64,000 nucleotides of DNA from Eledone cirrhosa (Eukaryota). Shown here in pieces: positions 1-11,847 of the stretch. Position numbers and translations under genes: made by a program. The notes beneath the pieces are model-generated. The model ran no database searches. It saw only the letters and a program-made list of their open reading frames with translations, and was not told where the DNA came from. Where the stretch lies: assembly GCA_964016885.1 (NCBI GenBank), contig CAXHJY010000151.1, forward strand, positions 1 to 64,000. The letters run 5' to 3'. Each line of letters opens with the position of its first letter. Within the stretch, counting starts at the first letter, position 1.

Positions 1-174
1 CAAATTTATTGAGGAAATTTTGTGAGTTCAAACTTAATTTTGATACAATTGTGTAGCTTGACCCTCCGTCTGAACTGTCAGGCGGTGGGTCAGCTCATCT
101 TTACCCCTCCTAGAGGTGAAAAACCTGTTTTAAAAAAAATTTTGTGTAAAAAAAATTTCAATCGTCTAACAGAA

Positions 175-2052
175 ATGTTAAACGCAGCGAACGAAAATAG
201 TGGTGGGGGGACAGCGGTAAGAGTTGTAAGCTCGCACGCTTTAGTCCTCCCTTCCTTCCCAACTAACGTCATAGAGAAGGAAGGAAAAATGAAAATAAAA
301 ACGGACGAATCTGCGGAGAAAAAATTAAATGTCGAAAACAACGAAGAAAAAAAATTTGAAAAATTGCATGACAATACTAATAACACAAACAAAGACACAA
401 CAAACAAAAAAATAACAGTTGAAAATAACATAACATCAGAAAACAAAGCAGACGACAAGATTTCATTTGCACAGAAAACAAAGAAATCTTTGACTTATAT
501 AGCGGAAAACATTTCAGATGTGGTACGAAGGATCACGGACGCAAAACAATACATAAGTGAAGGTGAGAATGGTATTTTATTGGTAAAAATGCCTCAAGAA
601 TTCACGAAAGACATTGAAAGCCGAACGGTCAAGTTTCGGACCATCAACAACAGTACAAAAAAACCTGAACAGCCTTCTCAAGCAGATATCAAAACAGTAC
701 TCGCAGAAGTACTGAATGAAACAACTTTCATAAGAAAAGACAGACTGTATGGAAGCCTAGCAATTATCATGAAGAACGAATCGGCGGCAAAAAAATGTGC
801 TTTGTCACCGATTCGTTCGAAAAATTTCACCTTTTATCCATCTTATATGGGAAAAAAAACTCAACGCATATGGCTGGATGCAATGATGCCAGATGTGGAC
901 TACTGCTGGCTCATAGCTGGCTTCATCGATCCAGTGAATGACAACGTGATTTCCATTGGGAAAACCACAGGCAATGCGTTCAGTGGAACAGGTATAGAGC
1001 TGGTAGTACAAATGAAGCCTGAACGCATCGCCCAAATACCCGACAGAATCCTATTAGAGGACCACGGGTATATAAACATTAGCGTGGAGGGGAGAAGGCC
1101 GTCCTGCCATATCTGTGCAGGCAGAGGGCACCTGAAGGCCGCTTGTCCCCAACTCAACAAAAAGAAAACCCTGCTACCAACACCAGCTCCACCACCACCA
1201 CCACAACAGATAAACAAACAACAAAACTCAGTCCCACCCAACCCGTCCCTCAGTAACACCACAACACCACCACAACACAAACAGTCACAACACATTACCC
1301 CAAAACAAAATACAGGCCCACCCAACCTCTCACTCAATAAAACAACACAACCACCGCAGACACAACACACAACACAGTCTAACATAGTGACATCCATCTC
1401 CCCCACAAAGAAAACCAACACGGAAACATTACCAGCAAACATACCTCTTCCCTCCAACACTGAAGATAACCCAACGAATTCGGAGGAAGAAACGGAGTCC
1501 TTCAGACAGATTAAAAGGAAAAAAAGAAAACATGTGCAAAACACACAAGGACAAACAACCCCCACCCAAATCGCAACACAATCTAACAAAACAGAAAACA
1601 CCCCTCCAGCAACAAACAAAACCAAACCTGCCCCTCCCCTCTTCGAAACACTCACACCATCGGAAAAAAAGACATTACACTATACTTACATCAACAGAAA
1701 CAATAATAAATTAAATGAACTCATATACAATAATCCTTCGGTACAAACCGAAGGTGTAAACTTTGTTTCATCAGAAAACCACCCACATTTAAAACTAATA
1801 AAAATCCCAATGAACCTCTACCAAAAACTAAAAAAGGATTTTAAGGAGGACGTAGGACCACCCTCTGTCAAACCCATAAACCGCGTCCTACTAAAAAGCT
1901 TTCCCCCTCCCCTTCCCCTCCCCAACACAACTCCAAACACCCCAACCCCACCACACACCGACGACCCCACACCACCACAAGACACCCCTTCACCCAACAC
2001 CCCCGACCCCATGGAAGTCGTGCAACCCGAACCCCGGGAAGCGGAAAGGTAG
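175..2052 (+). CDS. ORF1p, gag-like nucleic-acid-binding protein of the Tx1/L1 element
   Basis: Frame open from 22, first ATG at 175. Contains the CX2CX4HX4C knuckle CHICAGRGHLKAAC and a Pro/Thr/Asn-rich C-terminal half. Ends 33 bp before ORF2. Confidence 0.85.
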   Translation: MLNAANENSGGGTAVRVVSSHALVLPSFPTNVIEKEGKMKIKTDESAEKKLNVENNEEKKFEKLHDNTNNTNKDTTNKKITVENNITSENKADDKISFAQKTKKSLTYIAENISDVVRRITDAKQYISEGENGILLVKMPQEFTKDIESRTVKFRTINNSTKKPEQPSQADIKTVLAEVLNETTFIRKDRLYGSLAIIMKNESAAKKCALSPIRSKNFTFYPSYMGKKTQRIWLDAMMPDVDYCWLIAGFIDPVNDNVISIGKTTGNAFSGTGIELVVQMKPERIAQIPDRILLEDHGYINISVEGRRPSCHICAGRGHLKAACPQLNKKKTLLPTPAPPPPPQQINKQQNSVPPNPSLSNTTTPPQHKQSQHITPKQNTGPPNLSLNKTTQPPQTQHTTQSNIVTSISPTKKTNTETLPANIPLPSNTEDNPTNSEEETESFRQIKRKKRKHVQNTQGQTTPTQIATQSNKTENTPPATNKTKPAPPLFETLTPSEKKTLHYTYINRNNNKLNELIYNNPSVQTEGVNFVSSENHPHLKLIKIPMNLYQKLKKDFKEDVGPPSVKPINRVLLKSFPPPLPLPNTTPNTPTPPHTDDPTPPQDTPSPNTPDPMEVVQPEPREAER

Positions 2053-2085
2053 GTCTCTACACTCTCCTTTGGCTCTGCCGCCCAC

Positions 2086-5000
2086 ATGGATGTGTTAAGA
2101 GTAGGATGTTTGAATGCACGTGGCCTGGGCTCAACTTGGAAGCAAGCAAAGCTTCTAAATGACCTCAGGTCATGTAGTATAAATGTAATGGTTATCTGTG
2201 AGACTCGAATCAGCGTCATGCGGCAGCTGGCCCCCACCTTCGATGACTTTGAGGTGCATGCATCTCTCTGTCAACCTGGAGGTGGGGGTGGGGTTGTCGT
2301 GCTGATGCAAAAACACCTGGGTCTTGCCGTACAGGTTGTGCACTCGGACCCGGAGGGTCGTTTGTTGGTGCTAGACGTTGGCAGTAGTGAAAGTGCGGCC
2401 TTGAGACTGGTCGCCGTCTACTCCCCTTTCGGAGCTGAACGGCCCGACTTCTTCCAGCGTTTGGAGACTTTTCTGGGAACGTCGCGTTCCCTGCTTCTAG
2501 CGGGGGATTGGAATGACATCCTAGATGCACGTTGGGACTATGCAGGAGCATGTCCTAATAGAGGGGGGTGTAACAGCCTCAAGGGGTTACTCGACCGTTT
2601 TAACTTGGTCGATAGATATCGACTAGATTTTCCAACTGTGCCTACCTGGACTTGGAGAAACCACAGTGGTCAATCTAGATCGTACTTAGATAGATTCTTA
2701 GTTAGAAGTAAGGATAGGGACATATTAAGCTGTCCAGAAATGCGCACGGTTGGCTACACGGATCACAAATTAGTGACCTGCGTGGTCAATCTCGAGAAAA
2801 CACATAGACAGGGTCCCGGTTACTGGAAACTTAATTTGTCTTTACCGGCAAAAGAGACTTACAGAAACCGGATTAGCAGATTAGTTAAGGAGAGGTTGAC
2901 GGGTGCAATCGTCAACAACCGATGGTGGGCATCTCTCAAAAGAGAGATTAGAACAGAATCAATAAGTTATAGCAAGATGTTAGCTGCCAATAGGAATAGA
3001 AACGAGAAAGAATTAACAGGTAAATTAGAAGAGGCAATCAAGAGCGAAGATGTGGCCAGAGTGCTGGCATCGAGGACGGCCTTGAACCAGTTTTTCGATG
3101 CAAAGCATGAAGGCTGCGTCATTCGAAGTAAAATACGTGCTCTAGGTAATGAGGGGGCCAAAGCCGTTGGATGGGCCCGCGTGACAGAAGCTAAAAGTGG
3201 AAATCGATCCACCATCCGGTCGTTGCAAGACGAAGATGGACGAGTGATCCGGGAGCCTAAGCAGATGTGCGAGGCCTTTCAAAAGCACTTTGCCCGATTG
3301 TTCGGGGGAGGCGAGGGTCCGGGCCGGGGCGTGGATTTCGGTCCATACCTCGACGGCCTGCCGCGTCTCTCGAACAAAGAGGCGGAGTCCTGCGAGGGAC
3401 CAATCTCGGCTGATGAGATCGGAGATGCGCTGAGCCAATGCAGCAGACGCAAATCTCCAGGTCTCGATGGTATACCTTACGAACTTTATTTAGCAATGCC
3501 GGTCTTCTTCTCCGAACTCCTCGAAGCGGTCTACTGCAATTGGCAGCAGAACGGGAGAATTCCTTGTTCTGTAGCCAAGGGCGTAGTCACGCTGGTGAGG
3601 AAGGACGAGAACAAGGGGGATAGTATAAATAATTTTCGGCCCATAACCCTGCTAAACACAGAGTTAAAGATTTTGGCCAAGGTGTTAGCAAAGAGGTTGG
3701 CGCTTGTCGTGGGTGGCCTGGTGGGAGATGCGCAGACATGTGCTATCCCATCCAGGTCCATTCACGATAACCTCCACCTCATGCGATACATCATAGAGAG
3801 GGTTGGCAACAAACCCGGCTTCGGTGGGGCCCTGATCAACTTGGATCAGTCTAAGGCCTTCGATAGGGTCGACCATGGTTACCTGGATGCGGTGCTAGCG
3901 GCGGCTGGGTTCGGTCCTGTTTTCAGAGGCTGGATCACTGCCCTACATAGCAACCACATCTGTTCTAGGATCAAGGTGAACGGCTACCTTTCGAAGCCGT
4001 TCGAAATCACACGATCCATTCGACAGGGGTGCCCTCTCTCCTCCCTTCTGTACGTATTGACTCTCGAGCCTTTACTGAGGAAGTTGGAGTTGTTGCAGGG
4101 TATCCCCCTGGAACCAGGATTGAGCAAAGCGGTGTCGGCCTACGCCGATGACGTAACAGTAATGGTATCAACCGACTCGGAGATCGAGGCGATCGGTACC
4201 TTACTGGAGGAGTACGAAAGGTTGTCAGGAGCGAAACTGAACCGGGAAAAATCCATAGGGCTGCAACTCGGAACGTGGAGAGGCAGACCGATGCCTCCCG
4301 ATGGTGTCGTCGGACACTGGACGGAGGGCCCGGTAAAGTTGCTTGGGGTCTGGTTTGGACCGGACCTCCAGGTGGAAAAGAACTGGAACGAGGTTACGAA
4401 CAAGGTGTTTGCACTAACCCAGAAATGGGCCAAGTGTAAGCTGTCCCTAAAAGGCCGGGCGGAGGTGGCGAACATTTACATAGCGTCCGTCACTTACTAC
4501 CGCCTGACTGTCGTGCCTTGCCCTAAGGAAACACTCACCACCATGGAACGCATGCTCTTCCAATTTCTTTGGAAGAAGCGTCCTCCTATGGTGAGAAGAT
4601 CCATCTGCTGCCAACAACCTTCGAAAGGAGGGCTGGGGATGCCGTGGTTGATGATGCGTAGGCACGCATTAAGGCTACGGCACCTACAGGTATTCCTCAC
4701 TGGTCAACCGGTGTGGGCTCCGTTCGTGAAACGAGCCTTTCCGAGACTCGTCTCACTCACCGAGCTACAGTCCTGGGTCAAGCAAAGATCCGGAAAACTG
4801 GGAGACTGGCACACTGAGTGTGCTCAGGCGCTCAGGGCTCTCTGGCAAGCGGGCCGGGCCATCGGTGGAGAATCCACCTCATCATTCTATAGAGGGCTGG
4901 TGGCTAGCAGGGGCGATGACACCCTTGGAGAGTCGCTGGACATGGAAGAAGACGAACTGGCCAGCCTGTTCGGTAGGACTTTCGGCCCAGGACCAATGGA

Positions 5001-5523
5001 CAACTTCCAGAAGTCACTGGCCTGGCAGTGCTACCGAGGGGCTCTACCCGTTCGAGAGAGGCTCTACAGACACGGGCGCCCGGGCAGGGATCCCTCAAAA
5101 AAGATTTGCCCTAGATGCGTGCGTCACGAAGAAACCGTGGCGCACGCATTGGTGCAATGTCCGGGCGTGGCTGATCTGTGGGGCTACGCCGAACAACTGC
5201 TGTCGCGGGTGGCGCCGATTAAATTGACGGCCGAGTCCGTGATGACAATCAAACCGCCTCCCCTCTTCACAAAGGAAGCAAAGGCGGTTTTTCTGTGCGT
5301 AATAGCCATGTTGAAAGAGGTTGTTTGGTGGACACGATTGAAAGGTCTGAGGTCAGGCAACTTCCTCTCTGGCCATAGTCTGGTCTACTTCTTCCGATAT
5401 CACTTCGGAAGAAGGATAAGAATGGAGAGAGAGGTGCTTGGCCACAGGCAGTTTTATGAAAGGTGGGTGATAGTGGCGAGAATGGCTCGTGTAAATGGGC
5501 CTTCTCTGTATACCATCCTGTAG
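2086..5523 (+). CDS. ORF2p: AP-like endonuclease, reverse transcriptase and C-terminal zinc finger (1145 aa)
   Basis: APE motifs LNARGL, ICETR, GDWN, YLDRF, TDH. Linker GPGYWKLN. RT motifs NFRPITLLN, DQSKAFDRV, RQGCPLS, YADD. C-terminal CPRC...ETVAHALVQC. Confidence 0.96.
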   Translation: MDVLRVGCLNARGLGSTWKQAKLLNDLRSCSINVMVICETRISVMRQLAPTFDDFEVHASLCQPGGGGGVVVLMQKHLGLAVQVVHSDPEGRLLVLDVGSSESAALRLVAVYSPFGAERPDFFQRLETFLGTSRSLLLAGDWNDILDARWDYAGACPNRGGCNSLKGLLDRFNLVDRYRLDFPTVPTWTWRNHSGQSRSYLDRFLVRSKDRDILSCPEMRTVGYTDHKLVTCVVNLEKTHRQGPGYWKLNLSLPAKETYRNRISRLVKERLTGAIVNNRWWASLKREIRTESISYSKMLAANRNRNEKELTGKLEEAIKSEDVARVLASRTALNQFFDAKHEGCVIRSKIRALGNEGAKAVGWARVTEAKSGNRSTIRSLQDEDGRVIREPKQMCEAFQKHFARLFGGGEGPGRGVDFGPYLDGLPRLSNKEAESCEGPISADEIGDALSQCSRRKSPGLDGIPYELYLAMPVFFSELLEAVYCNWQQNGRIPCSVAKGVVTLVRKDENKGDSINNFRPITLLNTELKILAKVLAKRLALVVGGLVGDAQTCAIPSRSIHDNLHLMRYIIERVGNKPGFGGALINLDQSKAFDRVDHGYLDAVLAAAGFGPVFRGWITALHSNHICSRIKVNGYLSKPFEITRSIRQGCPLSSLLYVLTLEPLLRKLELLQGIPLEPGLSKAVSAYADDVTVMVSTDSEIEAIGTLLEEYERLSGAKLNREKSIGLQLGTWRGRPMPPDGVVGHWTEGPVKLLGVWFGPDLQVEKNWNEVTNKVFALTQKWAKCKLSLKGRAEVANIYIASVTYYRLTVVPCPKETLTTMERMLFQFLWKKRPPMVRRSICCQQPSKGGLGMPWLMMRRHALRLRHLQVFLTGQPVWAPFVKRAFPRLVSLTELQSWVKQRSGKLGDWHTECAQALRALWQAGRAIGGESTSSFYRGLVASRGDDTLGESLDMEEDELASLFGRTFGPGPMDNFQKSLAWQCYRGALPVRERLYRHGRPGRDPSKKICPRCVRHEETVAHALVQCPGVADLWGYAEQLLSRVAPIKLTAESVMTIKPPPLFTKEAKAVFLCVIAMLKEVVWWTRLKGLRSGNFLSGHSLVYFFRYHFGRRIRMEREVLGHRQFYERWVIVARMARVNGPSLYTIL

Positions 5524-6744
5524 GTAAAGAAGTAAAGGAGAGGGGAGCACCTTCTCCATGTGCTCCCCGGGCAAAGGATTGCACACTTTTTCGGGGGTGT
5601 GTGCAACCCCCATCACGTCCCCTCCCTTTTGAGGTTATTTTCGATTATTTTCATGTTACACCCTTTTTACTCGATTATATGTAAACTCCCCCTTTGTATT
5701 TGTCCCTTCTTTTTATGCCTTTATGGTAAATAAAGAAATCTATCTCTCTCTCTGGAGATTTTTTAACACAAAGTCACACAAGGATTAGAAAAATGGCGAT
5801 AATCACTTTGAAAGTAACAATTATGCAATAAATAGTTGTTATTGCCACGTCTCGTATCCTCCTTTGGCAATGTGTAAAATGTTAGCGAGATCGAGTGAAC
5901 AATACACAAGTTATAATACTTTACAGACGGGACTTATACAGTAGATGTAGCAAAATGCGTAGATTACGATTCTTGAGACGAGATTAAAATATACGATTAT
6001 GGGATACTTTAAGAAGACGAGTAGATGTTTGAGTAGATTTAGCTGCTTTTTCTAGCATTTTTAGTTATACTTTGAAGCACATTTTTTTTGTTACTATTAT
6101 ATTAAAAGTTATCTGGTTACGTTATTTGACTGGTATTTCTAGCATTTTACAAGGACCACGTGTGTGTTTTATTTAAGGAAGATCTAGTTGTTATTTCTGA
6201 TATTTTCTTCATCAAGTTAGTTGCTATTTCCTGCATCCTCTTGAAGACAAGAAATAATAATGAATTAGCTGCTGTTTCTAGTAGGTTCTATGGTAGTGAT
6301 GAGCGTGGGAGGGAGGTTTGACTGCTATTTTTAGCAGGTTCTAAGGCATTGAGGTTTATGTTTTACGAGAGATTTGGCTGTTATTTCTAACATGTTATAA
6401 TGGAGAGAGAGAGAGAGTATAAGATATACAGAGAGAGGGAGTATAAGATATAGAGAGAGGGGAAACGGCCGATGTTTACGTTGAGAAAACCTAATAAAAT
6501 GTTATAAATGGGTTTATAAAGAATAGAATGAGATAAACAAGACAAAGTTAGATAAAATAAATCAGCTGTAAGGATATTATACGATATATTTATAATATTT
6601 TAATATATTTTTCCTGGTCGTCTGCTGCCATTGATAGAGAGAGGAGTGGTGGGAGGTAGCCATAACAACCGTGGTAGCAGCACTGAGGTTTGTTTTTAAA
6701 GAAGTGAATACAAGAAAAACAAGCAACTAAGAATATTAATCTCT

Positions 6745-7357
6745 TAAACCCTTCAAGATGTGTATGACAAGAAAGAAGACGTTTTAGAGTCGTATGACAT
6801 AGATGATAACTGGAAATTCTTACGTGACAACTTACTGCAGGCTACTGAAGAAACTTGTGGCTGGAGCAGAGCTCCGACCAGACAGAGAGTGACCTGGTGG
6901 TGGGACAACACGGTAGATAAGGCCATTAGAGACAAAAGACTAGCATGGAACACTTGAAAAAATGGTGGGAGTAGAGACCGATACACAGCTGCTAAGAGAG
7001 AAGCTAGACGTCAGATGTACTTAGCACGCACGGAGGCTGAGAGTAGGAGGTTTGCCAATGTTCTGTGATGGGAAGATCAGAGGCGTGCGGTGTTCCACAT
7101 TGCAAGGCATGGTGTCAGTGTAAATCAGGATGTTGTTGGAGATAAGTGTATCCGGAATGATGCCAGTGTACTTGGTGTCACGAATGATCAAAAAAAGGAG
7201 GCCTGGAAATATCATTATGAGAGGCTGATGAATTGTGGAGAATGAATGGGAGAGAGGGAAACTATCCCCAGTAGACTCAACAGAGGGACCAGCTATTGAG
7301 ATTGGGGAATATAGGGTACAAGAGGCAATTAAGGAAATGAAGAATGGCAAGGCTACA
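6745..7357 (+). pseudogene. Decayed RTE-like LINE ORF fragment (EN-RT linker)
   Basis: Peptides EETCGW...RVTWWWDNTVDKAIRDKR and EAIKEMKNGKA, with stops and frameshifts. Copy at ~48282-48894. Confidence 0.75.
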
Positions 7358-7362
7358 TTTAA

Positions 7363-7583
7363 CCCTTTAGCATTTAAACCAGCCATACCTAGCCAGAATA
7401 CTCTCACATCTTTCTGTTCAAACCAGCCATAACTGGCCACTCATACTGACGTTAAGGTATTGTTCTCAATATAAATAATATCAAAATCTCATAGATTCGA
7501 TATTATATGAGATAATTATGTAAGATAAAGCCTTTACCACAAAAATACAATAGTATATATAGAGTAATAAAAATGCTAAAGGG
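7363..7583. mobile_element. piggyBac-type MITE
   Basis: Terminal inverted repeats CCCTTTAGCATTT / AAATGCTAAAGGG, flanked by TTAA on the left and TAAA on the right. Confidence 0.75.
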
Positions 7584-7989
7584 TAAAAGTAGCTTATTAT
7601 TTTGTGAGCTCTTGCTACTTATTGCTCTTGTGCATCAAGAACATACACAGCTTACATTTTGTTGCTAATCTCACTGAGATCCAACTACATCTCTTGTTTA
7701 TCCATAGTTTGGAATTTCTACCTACTCCTTTCCTTTAGAATGATCAAGGCCATTTTCTTGTGGGGATCTAGGCCCTGTTTTCCTTTCTATTTTGCCAAGT
7801 TATCTTACATCACTTTCATTCTAGACCATGCTTCCAGGTTTGGAATTTCTCCTCTAATTTTACCACAGATTAAGTGACAAGGGTTCAATCATGTGCATAC
7901 AGGAGTTCCCATGGACAGCCAGTAATATGTAATAGCCTGCAGGATGATAATAAACAGAAGAGGGTTAATTACAGAGCCCTGATAGAGGG

Positions 7990-9520
7990 TTAATAACAGA
8001 GCCCTGATAGACTTGTTCACTCAACTCCTCACTATAGCCATCATTACTTTTAACCTTACTGACTGCTCCTCCATACATGGCTTTTACTGCTCTCACAAGC
8101 CACTCATATACCCCTAGTTTTCTAAGTTATACACCAGATTAGGGAAGGGGGAAGTCTCACAGAAGCTCTCTCTGGGTCAACAAATGCCAAGTAGAGGGGC
8201 TTATTTTAGCTAGGTACTACTCTTGCAGTTGCCACACAAGGAAGAGGACATCAGTGGTACTTTTACCTGGCACAAATCCAAACTTCATCTCATCTAGGTT
8301 AACTTGGTCCCTAATCAGCTGTGTTATAAATCTAACACCTTCATGAAGTGGTCCATCTAATATCTCTATAGTTTTCTAGCTCTAGTACATCTCCTTTGCC
8401 CTTGTAGCAGTTGATGATGATGATACTACACCATTTATTTGGTATGACACCATTTTGTATTACATGCTGTACGATACCAGTGGTTAAGATGTGACCCACC
8501 ATCCCAGATACTTTCAGTATCTCAGCAACTATCACCAATGGACAAGATACTTTCTCTGTCTTCATATCCTTAATTACCTTACTTCATATCCTTAATTACC
8601 TTACTGCTTACTTGTATGGCTGGACCCTCTGTTGGGCCCACTTTCCGTAGACTATCTTCCTCCCATGCATTCTCCTCATTCAGTAATCTTTCATAAAGGC
8701 ATTTCCATGTTACAAAGGTTGGCTGAAAAGTTCATAGACTATCAATGATAGCATGATGCTAGAGCTGTGAAATCTTGCCTGCATTAATTTCAACTCTTCT
8801 TATTAATAACTGCATTGTTTCCTTCCAGGGACTATGTTGAAAAATAAACCTCATTTGGTCATTCCATGAGTGTATCTTGGTCTGCCTATGAACTTTTCAG
8901 CTGACCCTATTCAGCATCAGTGAGCCCAAATGCCCCATTATCATCCTGGACACACTTTACCCCAACATCACAATTTGCCCTCACACACTGCCTCACAATC
9001 CTGAACATCTCATGTATTTCATCCTCACATCATAAAACCAACTGAAATTATATATTCTCTGCTTCCCTCCTTGCAAAGAATACTTCTTGCCTAGCTTCCT
9101 GTAGTGTACCCTCCAGCTGCCTCCATTCTGCCATTATTCCATGCCTGTCTCTTGGCCTTAACTGTCTCATCTACCCTAGTGTTTCACCACCAAGATACTC
9201 TCCTCTCTGAAGCCCTGCTCCAGCCACAGATCTAGTTTGACACCTTCAGCAAAGGTTCTTTAAGGAACTCCCACTGTTCCCCTATATTGTATGTTTCTAT
9301 TTGTTCTTCCTTACTGTTGTAAAGATCAAACAAAATATCTCTAAATTTGGAACTGGCTGAGGGGTCCTTTAACTTCCATATCCTTCTCCTCCAAGTTGCC
9401 CTCAGTCTTCAAGTTCATCTAAGTCTATGAAATCACTAACTACTGGGTTATGTTGGGAGGTGCATTCTTCCCCAGGGGGTGGGGATTGTGTGTTTACAAA
9501 TGTCAATATCTCATCTTCTG
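7990..9520 (-). pseudogene. Decayed RTE-like LINE fragment interrupted by a MITE
   Basis: Minus-strand GVIPNKW...CYKGKGDVLELENYRDI (start of RT) and related linker sequence. Confidence 0.7.
8711..8910. mobile_element. Tc1/mariner-type MITE
   Basis: Imperfect TIRs GGTTGGCTGAAAAGTTCATAG / CTATGAACTTTTCAGCTGACC, starting at TA. Confidence 0.7.
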
Positions 9521-9622
9521 GTGAGGATAAAAATCTGACTGGCATGCTCCTCTGACCAATAGGTGTTGAAGTGGTTGTCGGGTAAACGTTAAGACCCTCT
9601 GATATACATATATATATATATA

Positions 9623-9880
9623 CTAGCAGTGGTACCCGGCGTTGCACGGGATAACGTATTTCGGAACGCGGGCCGCCATCTTCCACTTCAGCCGGTCGCC
9701 CTAAAGTGTTGGCTATTCAGTCTACTTGAGGCCAGTTGGTGAGGGGGGGTAAAGCTTTCAGTGTGCTACTACCCTCACGGTCAAATAGAAAGGGAGAGGA
9801 AGAAAAGTCAGCGTTAATATCGTGCTACACGTTTGAAAGGTTGGATGACCTTAGAGTTCACCAGGGTGGGGGGTTCTAAA
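9623..9880 (-). mobile_element. Helitron-like 3' terminus fragment (far boundary uncertain)
   Basis: Minus strand reads CCCG-TGCAACGC-CGGG hairpin, 8 nt, then CTAG followed by T, inside a (TA)n tract. This is the canonical Helitron 3' signature. Confidence 0.6.
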
Positions 9881-9959
9881 AGTATCTATCTTGGTATTTT
9901 ATCTTAGAAGTAATCATTACAGAGTGTACTGGGTGTATTTTAGTGGGCAGTAATTCCAT

Positions 9960-10745
9960 AAAGAACACAGTATAATCTGTGGACACAAGCCTTGCAGTGT
10001 GATTACAGGCAGGTTAATGGGAAAGATAGATTATATATGTGACATGATGTACATGAGAAGTGAGGACACAGACCACACATGAAATAGATTCCTACAACTG
10101 TCAGGGAGGCTCCCTAGAATTACAGATGACATATTTCAATATCTCGGTGATCAAGTTAGCAGTGGAGGAAGAATCTCTAAAAGTGTAATACCCAGGATAA
10201 GGACAGGCTGGAAGAAGTTTAGAGTACTGTTCCATCTGTTGACAACAAAGGGCTTCTCTCTCAGAATGGAGGCTAGACTGCTTGATACTTATGTGTGGTC
10301 TGCAATCTACACCCCAGCCATGCCCCTTCCACTACCACTCCTTAGCTATTTCTCTCCATTAATACTCCTCACATTTCAAGCAGTTTTCTCATCTCAATGA
10401 AAGAAAAATATTGGGCTCAAGAGAAGTCTTCAGTTATGCCATGGTGTGGCAACCTCCCTAGGGTTGGGCAGAGTGTAAATGAGAGTGAAATTAGGTATGA
10501 GAGGGATCATATGCAGTATACAAGAGAGTAGATTACATTGGTATGGTCATGTGATGGGTATAAAGGATGACAGCTGTATAAAAATGTGCTGGGCAATCAA
10601 AGTTGATGGAAGTTATGAAGGCGGAAGACCCAGGATGACCTGGGATGAGGTGATAAAAGATGACTTTGCACAATTGCAACTCTCAAAGACAATGACACAG
10701 GATAGAGATCTTGAGATGTATGCAGCAATACAGAAGGCCTGCTTT
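9960..10745 (+). pseudogene. Decayed RTE-like LINE C-terminal region
   Basis: RLHWYGHVM...GGRPRMTWDEVIKDD, typical of RTE ORF ends. Confidence 0.75.
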
Positions 10746-10844
10746 CCAATGTGCACGGACTCAAACATACATCTAGTAGGCCCCTCCTAACCACTATACT
10801 CCTTTCCAAACTCCCACACTCCCACTTCTGTACACACCACCTTT

Positions 10845-11555
10845 AGACTGTAAAGTGGTAGTGTACAAGTCACAACAAAAGCACCCAGTCCACTCTGTAA
10901 AGTTGATGTGTTGGTGTCATAACAAAAGGCACTCAGTCCACTCTGTAAAGAGGTTGTGTAAGTGTCACAACAAAGACATCTAGTCCACACTGTAAAGTGG
11001 TCATGTAGGTGTCACAACAAAAAGTACCAGTCATTATTGTAAAGTGGTTGTATAGGTGTCATAACAAAAAGCACCCAGTCGACACTGTAAAGTGGTTGTG
11101 TAGGTGTCAGAACCAAAAGCACCCAGTCCACACTGTAAAGTGGTTGTGTAGGTGTCATGACAAAAAGCACCTAGTCCACACTGTAAAGTGGTCATGCAGG
11201 TGTCATGACAAAAAGCACCCAGTCCTCACTGTAAAGTGGTCATGTAGGTGTCATGTCAAAAAGCACCCAGTCCACCCTGTAAAGTGGTTGTGTAGGTGTC
11301 ATGATAAAAAGCACCCAGTCCACACAGTAAAGTGGTCATGTAGGTGTCACTAAAAAAGCACCCAGTCTACTCTGTAAAGTGGTCATGTAGGTGTCATGAC
11401 AAATAGCACCCAGTCCACCCTGTAAAGTGTTCATGTAGGTGTCATGATGGAGAGTAACCAGTCCACAATGTAAAGTAGCCATGTAGCTGTCACAACAAAG
11501 CACCCAGTCCACACTGTAAAGTGGTCATGTAGGTGTCATTTCAAAAAGCACCCAG
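10845..11555. repeat. 48-bp minisatellite (~15 copies)
   Basis: Unit ~AAAAAGCACCCAGTCCACACTGTAAAGTGGTCATGTAGGTGTCATGAC. Copy 2 (~52380-52948) is 144 bp (3 units) shorter. Confidence 0.92.
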
Positions 11556-11599
11556 GTCCATGGCTTGGCCTGCTAACCGACGCTATACCCAAGTCGGTC

Positions 11600-11745
11600 G
11601 CCATGCTTTCCAGCATAGAGTTACGTCTCTTTATGGTCTGAGTTCAAATCACGCCGAGGTTAACTTTGCCTTTCATCCTTACGGGGTCGATAAAATAAAG
11701 CACCAGTAATGTACTGGGGTCGATTTAATCGACTTTCCCCTCCTC
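11600..11745 (+). mobile_element. tRNA-derived SINE of the octopus type (Nin/Deu-like core)
   Basis: B-box-like GAGTTCAAATC at 11640, followed by TTAACTTTGCCTTTCATCCTTACGGGGTCGATAAA...GTACTGGGGTCGAT. Related fragments at ~23265-23340, ~26685-26770, 35421-35480 (-) and 35708-35765. Confidence 0.75.
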
Positions 11746-11785
11746 TGCCAAATGACACACACATGCATGGTTCGGGGGAACCTAC

Positions 11786-11847
<62 letters not shown>

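Larger units (their letters stand above)
1..5737 (+). mobile_element. Tx1/L1-clade non-LTR retrotransposon with both ORFs intact; 5' end probably outside the window
   Basis: Gag-like ORF1, then APE-RT-CCHC ORF2. The 3' UTR has AATAAA at 5729-5734 and ends directly on ATCTATCTCTCTC. The paralogous site at ~47273 is empty. Confidence 0.93.

Noticed and set aside
11009-11353. Cys/His-rich ORF resembling a zinc-finger array
   Set aside because: It is the translation of the 48-bp minisatellite and lacks C2H2 spacing.
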